NCBI GenBank assembly: GCA_024542975.1
Contig: JAMXCZ010000001.1
Coordinates: 24,141-88,140, forward strand
From: Candidatus Omnitrophota bacterium
GTDB lineage: Bacteria; Omnitrophota; Gorgyraeia; JABMRN01; RBG-13-46-9
DNA length: 64,000 nucleotides
Direction of reading: 5' to 3'
The notes under the pieces are model-generated. The model saw only the letters and a program-made list of their open reading frames with translations. It made no database searches and was not told the origin of the DNA. Both the position numbers and the translations under genes were made by a program. The stretch's first letter is position 1, and each line of letters opens with the position of its first letter. This document shows, in pieces, positions 50,236-59,615 of this stretch.

Positions 50236-52904
50236 ACCTCGACCTTTTCCATCTCAAGCCAGTTCTTGCCGGCTTTAAGGCTTATCCGCACAGGGACTTT
50301 GAGCTTCATCACGTGCTCCATGACGTCTTTGACAGCTCCTGCCAGCGCCATACGCGACTTCTCGTCAACCTCAAAAACCAACTCATCATGCACCTGCAGA
50401 ATCATCTTCGCGTCAAACTTATCAAGCACGCCTCTTAGGTTTATCATGGCAAGCTTTATGAGATCCGCCGCGGAGCCCTGTATGGGCGTATTGATCGCGG
50501 TTCGCTCGGCGAAACTTCTCACCTGCGCGTTTTCGCTCTTTATTTCAGGAATATAACGGCGCCTTCCAAGAAGGGTCGTAACATACCCGTTTTTAGAGGC
50601 GAAATCGATCCGGCTTTGCAGATACTCTTTGATGCCGGGGTACCGCTCGAAATATGCGTCGATAAACTTGGCTGCCTCGCTTACGTCGATGCCGAGATCC
50701 CGGCTAAGGCCGTAGGCGCTCATCCCGTATACGATACCGAAATTTACCGTCTTTGCGGCGCTACGCATCTCCGGGGTCACGTCTTTTTCTTCCGCGCCGT
50801 ATATCATGGACGCAGTAGCCTTGTGCACATCGCCTTCGCGCCGGAACGCATCGACAAGGCTCGTGTCACCCGAAAGGTGCGCAAGAATCCGGAGTTCTAT
50901 CTGCGAATAATCGGCCGACAGTAAAATCTGCGATTTTCCTTCCGCGACAAAAGCCTTGCGGATTTTTTTGCCCATATCCGTTTTTATCGGTATATTCTGC
51001 AGGTTCGGGCCGCTCGACGAAAGCCGGCCGGTAGCAGTTACGGCCTGATTAAATGACGTGTGTATCCTGCCGGTGCGCTCGTTTATGAGCCCTGGCACAT
51101 TATCTACATACGTTGACTTAAGTTTCGCGAGCTCCCGATACCGTAGAATCTCCTTCGGCAGCTCCCAATCCGCGGATAAAGTTCTCAGCACCTCTTCATC
51201 CGTAGAGGCGCCGGTCTTTGTCTTTTTTATTATCGGCATCTTTAGTTTCTCGAAAAAAATAACCTGAAGCTGCTTGGGGGACCTTATGTTGAATTCTTCA
51301 CCGGCGAGTGAAAAAATCTTTTTTTCCAGTTTTTTTATTTCTTCTTCCATCTCGGCAGAAAGGGCGGCGAGGTATCCGGTGTCCACACTTACGCCGCACA
51401 ACTCCATGCGCGCCAATACATCGACAAGGGGCATCTCTACGTCGCGGAATAAATCATACAGCCCCTTTTCTTTAAGTTTATTTTCCAGGATTTTCCGAAG
51501 TCCAAACGCCGCGTCGCTGTCCGCGCAGCAATAATCGCGCACCTTACCCACATCTACCTTATCCATGGTTATGGCCTTTTTGCCTTTTCCTATCAACTCC
51601 TCGATCGACCCCATTATTCGTCCGGTGTATTCAAACGAAATATCGTTCAGATTATGCGTAAAGCGCGAGGGGTTCAAAAGATAAGAAGCTATCATCGTAT
51701 CAAACCCTATCCCCTTTACCGAGATGCCTTCATTCTTTAATATTAACGAGTCGTATTTTATATTCTGGCCTATTTTCTCAAGCGTTCCATCCTCAAATAT
51801 GGGCCTTAGCGCGCCCAGGGCCTCATCCATCCGCATATCAGAAAGCGCGTTAAGCGGAACATAGCGCGCCGTACCCTCTTTCCAGCAAAATGAAACGCCT
51901 ACGGGACGCGCCCGCATCGGATCATGGTGGGTTGTCTCAAAATCAAATGCAAAGGCTCCGGCGCGCCGGAGGGTTTTTACGAGCTCCTTGAGGCCCTTTT
52001 TGCAGTCAACTAGGGCATAATCACCCTTGCGCTCCTGTTTAGGCGCAACTTCCTTGAGCAGGTTCCTGAACTCCAGCTCCGCAAAAAGGCCGGCAAGCGC
52101 TTCCCTATCGAACTCCTCCGCGCGAAAGCCTTTAAAATCTGCTTCGATAGGAACCTCGCAATGTATCGTAGCAAGATCTTTGCTTAAAAGCGCAAGCTCC
52201 CGCGATTCATCTATTTTTTTTCGTCTGGATTCGCTTTTTATTTTATCTGAGTTTTTTAAGATGTCTTCCAGGCTGCCAAATTCGCGCATAAGCTCTCTTG
52301 CGGTTTTCTCCCCTATGCCGGGCACCCCGGGTATACTATCGGAGGCATCCCCCATAAGTGCCATAAGGTCTGTCATTTTACAAGGTTCTACGCCAAACCT
52401 CTCGCGCACCTCCTTTTCGCCGAGAACCAAACCGTCCTTGCTGGGATTATAAACCTTGGTGTGCGGCCCCACAAGCTGCAGCGCATCCTTGTCGCCGGTA
52501 ACGAGAAATGTATCTATTCCTTCCGTTTCGGCTTTTTTTGCGAGCGTCCCCAATATGTCATCCGCCTCATAACCCTCTGCCTCATATATTGATATGCCAT
52601 AAGCCCGTATCACTCGCTTAATATAGCCAAGCTGGCTTACCAGGTCATCCGGCATGGGTTTGCGCGTAATTTTATAGCCCGCGTACTTCTTATGCCGGAA
52701 TGTAGGGCCCTTCAGATCGAACGCCACAGCAATTATATCGGGCGCCTCATCCTTTATAATCTTTCGTATCATAGTGATTACGCCATAGATAGCGCCCGTA
52801 GGCTGTCCCTTCGAATTTGAGAGGTGGCGTATAGCATAAAAAGCCCGATAACAGAACGAATTGCCGTCGATTAAAAAAAATCTTTTTTTATGCGCGCCGG
52901 GCAT
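50232..52904 (-). CDS. polA: DNA polymerase I
   Basis: 5' nuclease (YEADD, GDKD), 3'-5' exonuclease (DFET, NIKYD), DYSQIELR, QVHDEL. Confidence 0.98.
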   Translation of the reverse strand: MPGAHKKRFFLIDGNSFCYRAFYAIRHLSNSKGQPTGAIYGVITMIRKIIKDEAPDIIAVAFDLKGPTFRHKKYAGYKITRKPMPDDLVSQLGYIKRVIRAYGISIYEAEGYEADDILGTLAKKAETEGIDTFLVTGDKDALQLVGPHTKVYNPSKDGLVLGEKEVRERFGVEPCKMTDLMALMGDASDSIPGVPGIGEKTARELMREFGSLEDILKNSDKIKSESRRKKIDESRELALLSKDLATIHCEVPIEADFKGFRAEEFDREALAGLFAELEFRNLLKEVAPKQERKGDYALVDCKKGLKELVKTLRRAGAFAFDFETTHHDPMRARPVGVSFCWKEGTARYVPLNALSDMRMDEALGALRPIFEDGTLEKIGQNIKYDSLILKNEGISVKGIGFDTMIASYLLNPSRFTHNLNDISFEYTGRIMGSIEELIGKGKKAITMDKVDVGKVRDYCCADSDAAFGLRKILENKLKEKGLYDLFRDVEMPLVDVLARMELCGVSVDTGYLAALSAEMEEEIKKLEKKIFSLAGEEFNIRSPKQLQVIFFEKLKMPIIKKTKTGASTDEEVLRTLSADWELPKEILRYRELAKLKSTYVDNVPGLINERTGRIHTSFNQAVTATGRLSSSGPNLQNIPIKTDMGKKIRKAFVAEGKSQILLSADYSQIELRILAHLSGDTSLVDAFRREGDVHKATASMIYGAEEKDVTPEMRSAAKTVNFGIVYGMSAYGLSRDLGIDVSEAAKFIDAYFERYPGIKEYLQSRIDFASKNGYVTTLLGRRRYIPEIKSENAQVRSFAERTAINTPIQGSAADLIKLAMINLRGVLDKFDAKMILQVHDELVFEVDEKSRMALAGAVKDVMEHVMKLKVPVRISLKAGKNWLEMEKVEV

Positions 52905-53012
52905 ATTTATAAAACATCCGATTTTATTTCTCGATTAGTTTACTTAACCAGGTTGGTTTTTTTGTAATTTCGACCTAGCAGAATTTACAACAATGCCTTG
53001 TGCTCTGGCCAC

Positions 53013-53041
53013 ACCCTAACACATGCACACACGGCTGTCAA
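53013..53041 (-). promoter_or_regulatory. Putative sigma70 promoter of the polA operon
   Basis: TTGACA-17 nt-TAGGGT with extended -10 TG. Confidence 0.5.
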
Positions 53042-53099
53042 GCATTTTTCGCACCGCGACGCACCGAAATCCGCCTAAAACGGGCCTTGCATATCGCCC

Positions 53100-53444
53100 C
53101 TAAGTGAATATGAAAAATAGAATGATAAGCGTTATACCGGCGCAAGCGAGATAGAAATCATTGAAATAGAAAAAATCCCGGATCCTGTCCCGGTAAGATT
53201 CGGAATACTCGGCTTCGGGTAAAATCTTTATCTCTTCTCTTGGCGCGGATATAGGGGTGGTGCTCGCAATCCTGGCGCGAATCTCCTGCCGGATCGCCTC
53301 TACCTGTTCTCTCCGGAACCGTATAAATTTTCCACCGACCTTGTAAGCGGGAAGTTCACCGCTTGCAACGAGTTCCCGTATCTTTGTCCTGGGGATACCC
53401 AGGAGCGCAGCGACCTCTTTGACCGTTATGAGTTTTTCCGGCAT
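53100..53444 (-). CDS. Excisionase/MerR-like HTH protein with a C-terminal membrane anchor
   Basis: LITVKEVAALLGI...GELPAYKVGGKFIRFRR; tail DFFYFNDFYLACAGITLIILFFIFT. Confidence 0.85.
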   Translation of the reverse strand: MPEKLITVKEVAALLGIPRTKIRELVASGELPAYKVGGKFIRFRREQVEAIRQEIRARIASTTPISAPREEIKILPEAEYSESYRDRIRDFFYFNDFYLACAGITLIILFFIFT

Positions 53445-53464
53445 GGTTTTATTACTTTTTTATC

Positions 53465-53531
53465 GAGATCCTTCACTCGCTTTCGCTCGTTCTGGATGAG
53501 CCCTCTAACATGAAAAACATCGAGGACTCAT
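53465..53531. repeat. REP-like spacer element between the two HTH genes
   Basis: Minus strand ATCCAGAACGAGCGAAAGCGAGTGAAGGATCTC plus an ATGAG.CCTC / GAGG.CTCAT stem over the stop codon. Confidence 0.55.
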
Positions 53532-54058
53532 TTTATTCGTTCGCTGTTAAGCCAGTCTTCGATCTTTGCCTTCTCAAACCGCCATTTATTTCCATCTTTT
53601 TCTGCGGGAAGCTTGCCTGCGCTCGCCCATTCCACAACCACGGCTTTGTCGACTTCCAGAAACTGAGCCACTTCTTCGATGGTTAATGCCTCCGAAGGGC
53701 TTCCCCCGGGCTTCTCCTCAAGCATGTTACAGTAGCCTTCCATGATAGCCCCCGCAGCAACAGTCAGGGCCGGCGTCCTAATAGTTCCCACTACGCACGC
53801 GGGAGCAATCAAACTGAGATCCTTCTGCGCCGAAATGTCACCCGTAACCTTACCCGCGACGATAATGGACTCCCCTATTATATCGGCATTTACGATGGCC
53901 TGAGCGCCGATAGTAAGAATGCCTTTCGTCTGGAGCTTCCCTTCAAACCTGCCGTTAATTCTTAAGTTTACGGCATCCTTGAATGTGAGCGTACCTTGCA
54001 TACTCGCGTCAACTTCTAAAACCTTCTCTTTCGGTTCTTCTTCTCGCCTTCTCCTCAT
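53528..54058 (-). CDS. Bactofilin (polymer-forming cytoskeletal domain) fused to an excisionase-like HTH
   Basis: Beta-helix repeats LRINGRFEGKL...LTIG..A.V.ADI...G.V.GDI...V.G.I....L.V..GA.MEG; then LTIEEVAQFLEV...GKLPA.K.GNKWRF. Confidence 0.88.
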   Translation of the reverse strand: MRRRREEEPKEKVLEVDASMQGTLTFKDAVNLRINGRFEGKLQTKGILTIGAQAIVNADIIGESIIVAGKVTGDISAQKDLSLIAPACVVGTIRTPALTVAAGAIMEGYCNMLEEKPGGSPSEALTIEEVAQFLEVDKAVVVEWASAGKLPAEKDGNKWRFEKAKIEDWLNSERIK

Positions 54059-54062
54059 AATT

Positions 54063-55022
54063 TTACCTCCACTTTTTATTCAACGCTTCGCCTAAACCGG
54101 CAACCATAGCGGCATTATCTACACACAATACCGGTGGCGGATAAAAAATTTGAACCTCCGATTTATCACACGCGCATTTAAGCTTCTCCCGCAACCGCAT
54201 ATTTGAAATAACACCGCCGCCCAGAAGAACGCTTTTTATTCCGAACTTTTTCGCGGCTCTCTTTATCCGCTCGGTAAGCACGTCAAACACGGCTTCCTGA
54301 AAAGACATAGCTATGCGCGCAATCTCTTTCCGATTCATTTTTTTCTTTTTGACATGGTAAAGAACCGCGGTCTTCACCCCGCTTAAGCTGAAGTCATATG
54401 AACCTTTGTCCAAATAAGCCCGCGGGAACTTAATCGGGGTCCCTCTTCTAAACCTTTTTGCGTATCTTTCTATTTTTGGGCCGCCAGGATATCCGATGCC
54501 CAGAATTTTCGCGACCTTATCAAAGGCCTCGCCCATGGCATCGTCTCGACTTCTTCCTATTATATCAAAATCTCTAAAAGATTTACAGATAAAAATGTTT
54601 GTGTGGCCGCCCGAAACAACGCACCCGATAAAGGGAAACCTTATTAAAGCGGCGTCTTTGCACAAAAAATTTGCGTATATGTGCGCGTGCAGGTGATTTA
54701 TGTTTATAAGATCGATGTTTCTTGAATAGGAGAGCGCCCTGGCAAATGAAACCCCTGTCAAAAGGCAGCCCGGAAGGCCGGGCGCGCCTGTAACAGCAAC
54801 CAAATCTATATCACCGAGAGTCTTCCCGGCCGCCCTTAACGCTTTCTTTGTTACGCGATTTATATATTCGATATGAAATCTGGAAGCGATTTCAGGAACC
54901 ACCCCCCCGTATTTCGCATGCAGGGGAACGCTGGATGAAACTATGTTGGATAGAATTTTGCGCTTCTCTACAACAGCGCAAGCAGTTTCGTCACATGAAG
55001 TTTCGATGCCCAATGTCGCCAT
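54063..55022 (-). CDS. tsaD: tRNA t6A synthase subunit TsaD
   Basis: GIETSCDET, GGVVPEIASR.H, NHLHAH, VSGGHT, GEAFDKV, DNAAM. Confidence 0.96.
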   Translation of the reverse strand: MATLGIETSCDETACAVVEKRKILSNIVSSSVPLHAKYGGVVPEIASRFHIEYINRVTKKALRAAGKTLGDIDLVAVTGAPGLPGCLLTGVSFARALSYSRNIDLININHLHAHIYANFLCKDAALIRFPFIGCVVSGGHTNIFICKSFRDFDIIGRSRDDAMGEAFDKVAKILGIGYPGGPKIERYAKRFRRGTPIKFPRAYLDKGSYDFSLSGVKTAVLYHVKKKKMNRKEIARIAMSFQEAVFDVLTERIKRAAKKFGIKSVLLGGGVISNMRLREKLKCACDKSEVQIFYPPPVLCVDNAAMVAGLGEALNKKWR

Positions 55023-55105
55023 TTAGTATACCTTATTTTTACGAAAAAGCAACCCAAAAGTTCCGCTCGGCGGCTCTCGGCGCGTGTCTTCCCTGCTCAA
55101 ACATC

Positions 55106-56401
55106 TCATATTTGCTCTTTACCCTGCTTGTAGAAAAGTATTCCGCGTAACATGTCTATCGCTGCCTGCATCTGGTTGTCGTAGATGATCTCTTCTTTCG
55201 TCACTTCTTTTTTCTTCTCTTTCTCTTCTTCCTTGCTTTCTATTTTATCGAACACATCGCCTGTTTTTTCGATTACTTTCTTTTCCTGCCTTAACTTTAC
55301 CTCTACATCAGGTGTTATTCCGGTATTGCTTATACTGCGGCCTTTAGGCGTGTAATACGCTGCTGTAGTCAACCTCACCGCCGAGCCGTCCTTAAGGGGG
55401 ATAATCGTCTGAACGGATCCTTTGCCAAAAGTCTTGGTGCCCAGTATTATCCCTCTTTGATTTTCCTGGATTGCGCCGGCAACGATCTCTGAAGCGCTCG
55501 CAGATCCTTTGTTAACAAGGACAACCATCGGAAAATCAGTAAAGCTCTGCTTTCCGGTAGATATATACACCTTGTTCTGGGCAGGCACCCTGCCTTTAAG
55601 GGAAACCACGACCTTTCCTTCAGGCAGAAAATTGTCCGAAACTGCATACGAGGCGTCCAGGAGGCCACCGGGGTTATTGCGTAAATCCAAGATCAGCGCC
55701 TCCATACCGTCTTTTTTTAAACCGGATATTTTTTTCGCAAGCTCCCGGCCCGTTCTCTCCTGAAATTCAATAAGTTTGATGTAGCCGATCGTCTTATCGA
55801 TGATCCTTACGGTTTTTATGCTTTTCAATTTTATGATGCTTCGCACGATCGTAAAATCCAGAAGTTTTTCTTCGCCCTCACGCAAAACTGTAATGGTAAC
55901 CTTTGTGTTCGGTTTTCCCCGCAATTTCTTTACGGCATCGGTGAGATTGAGGCCTCTGGTAAGTTTTCCTTCGATTTTGACAATTCTATCCCCTGCCTTG
56001 AGTCCGGCTTTTTCCGCGGGCGTTCCGTCAATCGGGGCGATAACAGTCAAAATACTGTCCCTAATGCCGATTTCGATGCCCAGGCCGCCAAATTCGCCTT
56101 TCGTATCTATCTCCATTTCTTTAAAATCGTCCGGGTCCATAAAATGGCTGTATCCGTCAAGAGAGGAAAGAAGCCCTTCGAGAGCGCCATAGACGAGTTT
56201 CTTCGGCTCAATCTCCTCGACGAAATCGGACTGGACAATTGTAATTGCGTCCGCGAAGAGTTCGACCTGTTCGTATAATTCCTTATCCGGGGCCCCGGAT
56301 TCATCCGCTACGCACCGCATGTACACATATACAGAGCCGCAAATAACCAAAATGAGAGAGAGTCCGATCTTTAAAAATGACGATGCCGCTTTATTTTTCA
56401 T
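55106..56401 (-). CDS. Carboxyl-terminal processing protease (S41, PDZ)
   Basis: FGGLGIEI PDZ, DLRNNPGG, SASASEI, TFGKGSVQ. Confidence 0.95.
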   Translation of the reverse strand: MKNKAASSFLKIGLSLILVICGSVYVYMRCVADESGAPDKELYEQVELFADAITIVQSDFVEEIEPKKLVYGALEGLLSSLDGYSHFMDPDDFKEMEIDTKGEFGGLGIEIGIRDSILTVIAPIDGTPAEKAGLKAGDRIVKIEGKLTRGLNLTDAVKKLRGKPNTKVTITVLREGEEKLLDFTIVRSIIKLKSIKTVRIIDKTIGYIKLIEFQERTGRELAKKISGLKKDGMEALILDLRNNPGGLLDASYAVSDNFLPEGKVVVSLKGRVPAQNKVYISTGKQSFTDFPMVVLVNKGSASASEIVAGAIQENQRGIILGTKTFGKGSVQTIIPLKDGSAVRLTTAAYYTPKGRSISNTGITPDVEVKLRQEKKVIEKTGDVFDKIESKEEEKEKKKEVTKEEIIYDNQMQAAIDMLRGILFYKQGKEQI

Positions 56402-57830
56402 TCTCCAACCTTTCTTTCAGGATTTTGTTTGCCTTCCCGGGATCAGCCTTTCCCTTGCTCTTTTTCATGACCTGTCCTACCAAAAACATTATCGCATTTG
56501 TTTTTCCATTTTTGTAGTCCGTGGCGGACTTTTCGTTTTCCCGAAGCACCTCGCGAACAATAGAGACAAGTTCACCGGAATCCTTTATCTGCCCGAGCCC
56601 CTTCCGGCGCACTATTTCCTCCGGATCTCCGCCTGAATCAAAAACATCTATGAGAACCTGTTTTGCGGCCGAGCCTGTAATCTCCTTCTGCTGGATCAAT
56701 TTAATAAGCCCGGCTAGGTGCGCCGGTGTGACGCGCGTCTTTCCGATCGCAACGTGCCGTTCATTCAAGGCGGATGTTATGTCGCCTAAAAGCCAATTTG
56801 CAATTTCCTTGGGGCTATTGAGGATCTTTACCGTCTTTTCGAAAAAATTCGCTATATCCGCATCTCGCGTCAATCCCGTAGCATCATATTCGCCGAGGGA
56901 ATATTCGGAAGCAAACCGTTTTTTCTTTGCCTTCGGAAGCTCCGGTATCGTATGCCTTATCTTTTCTATTTCTTCGTCGCTTGCCACAAACGGTATAAGA
57001 TCCGGCTCCGGAAAATAACGATAGTCGTGGCTTTCCTCCTTTACCCTCATTGATATCGTGATCCTTTTCTTCTCGTTCCAGAGACGGGTTTCCTGAACCA
57101 CTTTTTTCCTTTTTTTTAAGAGCTCGATCTGCCTTTCGGATTCATAGGCCAACGCATCCCTTACGGCCTTAAACGAGTTCATATTTTTAAGCTCTGCCTT
57201 GACGCCCAAAGACCTCTCGCCCTCGGGCCTCACTGATATATTCGCATCGCACCTTAAGCTTCCCTCTTCCATATTGCAATCCGAAACCTCTATATATTCC
57301 AGAATCGCTTTAAGATTCTCGAGGTAAAGGCTTGCCTCTTCCGGCGAACGGATATCGGGTTCGCTGACTATCTCCAGAAGCGGGGTACCGGCCCGATTAA
57401 GATCCACGTAGCTCGCTTGTGCCTCTCTCGTATGAATAAGTTTTCCCGCATCCTCTTCAAGATGCACCCGCGTTATGCCGATTTCTTTTCTTACCCCTTT
57501 ATTTTCGATTTCCAGATGCCCCCTGAAGGCAAAAGGTAGATCATATTGTGATATCTGGAAATTTTTGGGTAAATCGGGATAGTAATAATTTTTCCTGTCA
57601 AATTTTATAAGCTTTTGTATTTCGCAATCCAGCGCGAGCGCGGCTTTCAACGCAAAGCGGAACGCTTTTTCATTCAGGACCGGAAGCGCTCCGGGCAGAC
57701 CCAGGCAGACAGGGCAGGTAGAACTATTCGGCGGCAGGCCGAATTTCGCCCTGCATCCGCAAAAAGCCTTAGTTTCCGTCAAAAGCTGCGTGTGGACCTC
57801 AAGCCCTATAACTGTTTCGTATCGTTTCAT
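56391..57830 (-). CDS. gatB: Asp/Glu-tRNA amidotransferase subunit B
   Basis: IGLEVH, RKNYYYPDLPK, HLEEDAGK, YRYFPEPD. Confidence 0.98.
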   Translation of the reverse strand: MKRYETVIGLEVHTQLLTETKAFCGCRAKFGLPPNSSTCPVCLGLPGALPVLNEKAFRFALKAALALDCEIQKLIKFDRKNYYYPDLPKNFQISQYDLPFAFRGHLEIENKGVRKEIGITRVHLEEDAGKLIHTREAQASYVDLNRAGTPLLEIVSEPDIRSPEEASLYLENLKAILEYIEVSDCNMEEGSLRCDANISVRPEGERSLGVKAELKNMNSFKAVRDALAYESERQIELLKKRKKVVQETRLWNEKKRITISMRVKEESHDYRYFPEPDLIPFVASDEEIEKIRHTIPELPKAKKKRFASEYSLGEYDATGLTRDADIANFFEKTVKILNSPKEIANWLLGDITSALNERHVAIGKTRVTPAHLAGLIKLIQQKEITGSAAKQVLIDVFDSGGDPEEIVRRKGLGQIKDSGELVSIVREVLRENEKSATDYKNGKTNAIMFLVGQVMKKSKGKADPGKANKILKERLENEK

Positions 57831-57850
57831 GATTAAATGTTGTATTTCCT

Positions 57851-57882
57851 GCTTACAGCTTATAGCTTATAACTTAAAGCTG
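57851..57882. repeat. Degenerate 7-mer tandem repeat in the gatA-gatB spacer
   Basis: GCTTACA GCTTATA GCTTATA ACTTAAA GCTG. Confidence 0.7.
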
Positions 57883-59274
57883 TTATAATTTCGGTTTCCT
57901 CTTAGAAAATGCCGTATTCTGCTCAAACGTATACGCAACCCTGATCAGGCTTTCTTCGTCAAACGCCTTGCCGAGAAACTGCAGGCCTATCGGTAAACCC
58001 GATTCGGTGAAACCGCACGGAACGGATATGCCGGGAATGCCGGCAAGATTGGCTGGTATCGTAAAAATGTCCGACAGGTACATGCTAAGCGGGTCATCTA
58101 TCTTCTCCCCGATTTTGAAAGCCGCAGTCGGCGTTGTCGGTGTCAGGATAACGTCGCATTTTTTAAAAGCCTCTTTGAAATCATTCTTTATCAGGGTCCT
58201 CGTCCTCATCGCTTTCAGGTAATACGCTTCGTAGTACCCGCTTGAGAGCGAATATGTCCCGAGAAGGATTCTTCTTTTAGCTTCACTCCCGAAACCTTTG
58301 GTGCGCGTTTCTATGTACATATCTATCATACTTTTCGCATCTTCGCGCAATCCATACTGGTCCCCGTCAAAACGCGCAAGATTGGAGCTCGCCTCCGCCG
58401 GCGCGATTATATAGTAACAGCTTACGGCGTATTCCGTATGCGGCAGGCTTACATCAATAAGTTCCGCGCCGAGATCCCGCAATATATTTTTGGCAGCTTC
58501 AATTTTATCCGCCACTTCCCTATCCAGACCATTCGATGGAAAATATTCTTTGGGAATGCCAAGCTTCATATTTTTAATAGTTTTTTCCAGTGATTTTGTA
58601 AAATCCGGAACCGGGAGACTTGCGGACGTTGAATCCATTTCATCATAACCGGAAATTACGTTAAGAAGAGACGCGCAATCGCTTACATTGCCCGTAATGG
58701 GGCCTATCTGGTCGAGGCTCGAAGCAAAAGCAATCAGGCCATAACGCGAGACCCTGCCGTAAGTGGGTTTCATACCGCAGACGCCGCAAAGTGCCGCCGG
58801 TTGCCTTATAGAGCCGCCTGTATCAGACCCCAAAGCCATCGGCACCTCACCCGAGGCTACTGCCGCAGCACTCCCGCCACTTGAGCCGCCGGGTATCCGC
58901 TCCAGATCCCACGGGTTTCTGGTAGGCCCATAACACGACGTCTCGCACGAAGAGCCAAAGGCAAACTCGTCCATATTGGACTTCCCCATCAAAATAAAGC
59001 CGGCTTTTCTAATCTTCGTGATAACAGTAGCATCATACGGAGGCTTAAAACCCTTGAGTATCCTGGAGGCGCAGGTCGTAGGCTCGTCCCTTACGCAAAT
59101 ATTATCTTTTATAACAATCGGCGTCCCGGAGGCTACGCCACCGGAGAGCGAGGCGGCTTCTTCGGAGCCCTGAACCTTTTCCTTGTCGATATAGATAATG
59201 GCGTTCAGCTTTTTATTTACATCCCTTATGCGGTCTAGGCAGGCCTTCACCGTATCTCTTAAGTTTTTCTTCAT
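57883..59274 (-). CDS. gatA: Asp/Glu-tRNA amidotransferase subunit A
   Basis: IKDNI, GGSSGGS, GSDTGGSIRQP, RRILLGTY. Confidence 0.97.
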   Translation of the reverse strand: MKKNLRDTVKACLDRIRDVNKKLNAIIYIDKEKVQGSEEAASLSGGVASGTPIVIKDNICVRDEPTTCASRILKGFKPPYDATVITKIRKAGFILMGKSNMDEFAFGSSCETSCYGPTRNPWDLERIPGGSSGGSAAAVASGEVPMALGSDTGGSIRQPAALCGVCGMKPTYGRVSRYGLIAFASSLDQIGPITGNVSDCASLLNVISGYDEMDSTSASLPVPDFTKSLEKTIKNMKLGIPKEYFPSNGLDREVADKIEAAKNILRDLGAELIDVSLPHTEYAVSCYYIIAPAEASSNLARFDGDQYGLREDAKSMIDMYIETRTKGFGSEAKRRILLGTYSLSSGYYEAYYLKAMRTRTLIKNDFKEAFKKCDVILTPTTPTAAFKIGEKIDDPLSMYLSDIFTIPANLAGIPGISVPCGFTESGLPIGLQFLGKAFDEESLIRVAYTFEQNTAFSKRKPKL

Positions 59275-59275
59275 G

Positions 59276-59578
59276 CTATCCGATTATTCTGGGAACGCGG
59301 AAAAAATCACCCTTACGATCAGGAGCATTTTTGAGCGCCTCCTCCGGCGTAAGCGACTTTCGGGCAACGTCTTTTCTAAAAACATTCTTGAGATTCTCCA
59401 GAGGGTGGTTTGTAGGCGGGATATCCTTTGAATCAACGAGATCAATCTTCCGTATGTATTCCAATATGGACTCGAGCTGCTTCTTGTATTTAGTAACCTC
59501 TCTATCCGAAAGGGCAATACGCGAGAGCCTAGCCACATTACGCGTCATTTTCTCGTCAATAATTTTTCGTTTCGCCAT
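59276..59578 (-). CDS. gatC: Asp/Glu-tRNA amidotransferase subunit C
   Basis: VARLSRI, NVFRKD, NAP...FFRVPRI. Confidence 0.94.
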   Translation of the reverse strand: MAKRKIIDEKMTRNVARLSRIALSDREVTKYKKQLESILEYIRKIDLVDSKDIPPTNHPLENLKNVFRKDVARKSLTPEEALKNAPDRKGDFFRVPRIIG

Positions 59579-59586
59579 ACTGCGTT

Positions 59587-59615
59587 AAATTACCATATAT
59601 ACCCCCTGTTGTCAA
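59587..59615 (-). promoter_or_regulatory. Putative sigma70 promoter of gatCAB
   Basis: TTGACA-17 nt-TAATTT with extended -10 TG, 8 nt before the ATG. Confidence 0.6.

Noticed and set aside
53100-54058. Excisionase-like HTHs as evidence of a prophage or integrative element
   Set aside because: No integrase, att repeats or phage genes; both HTHs are fused to cellular modules and sit among housekeeping genes.
55025-55052. Promoter-like TTGCTT-16-TATACT before tsaD
   Set aside because: The -10 box ends 2 nt before the ATG, which would put the TSS inside the CDS; not supportable without data.
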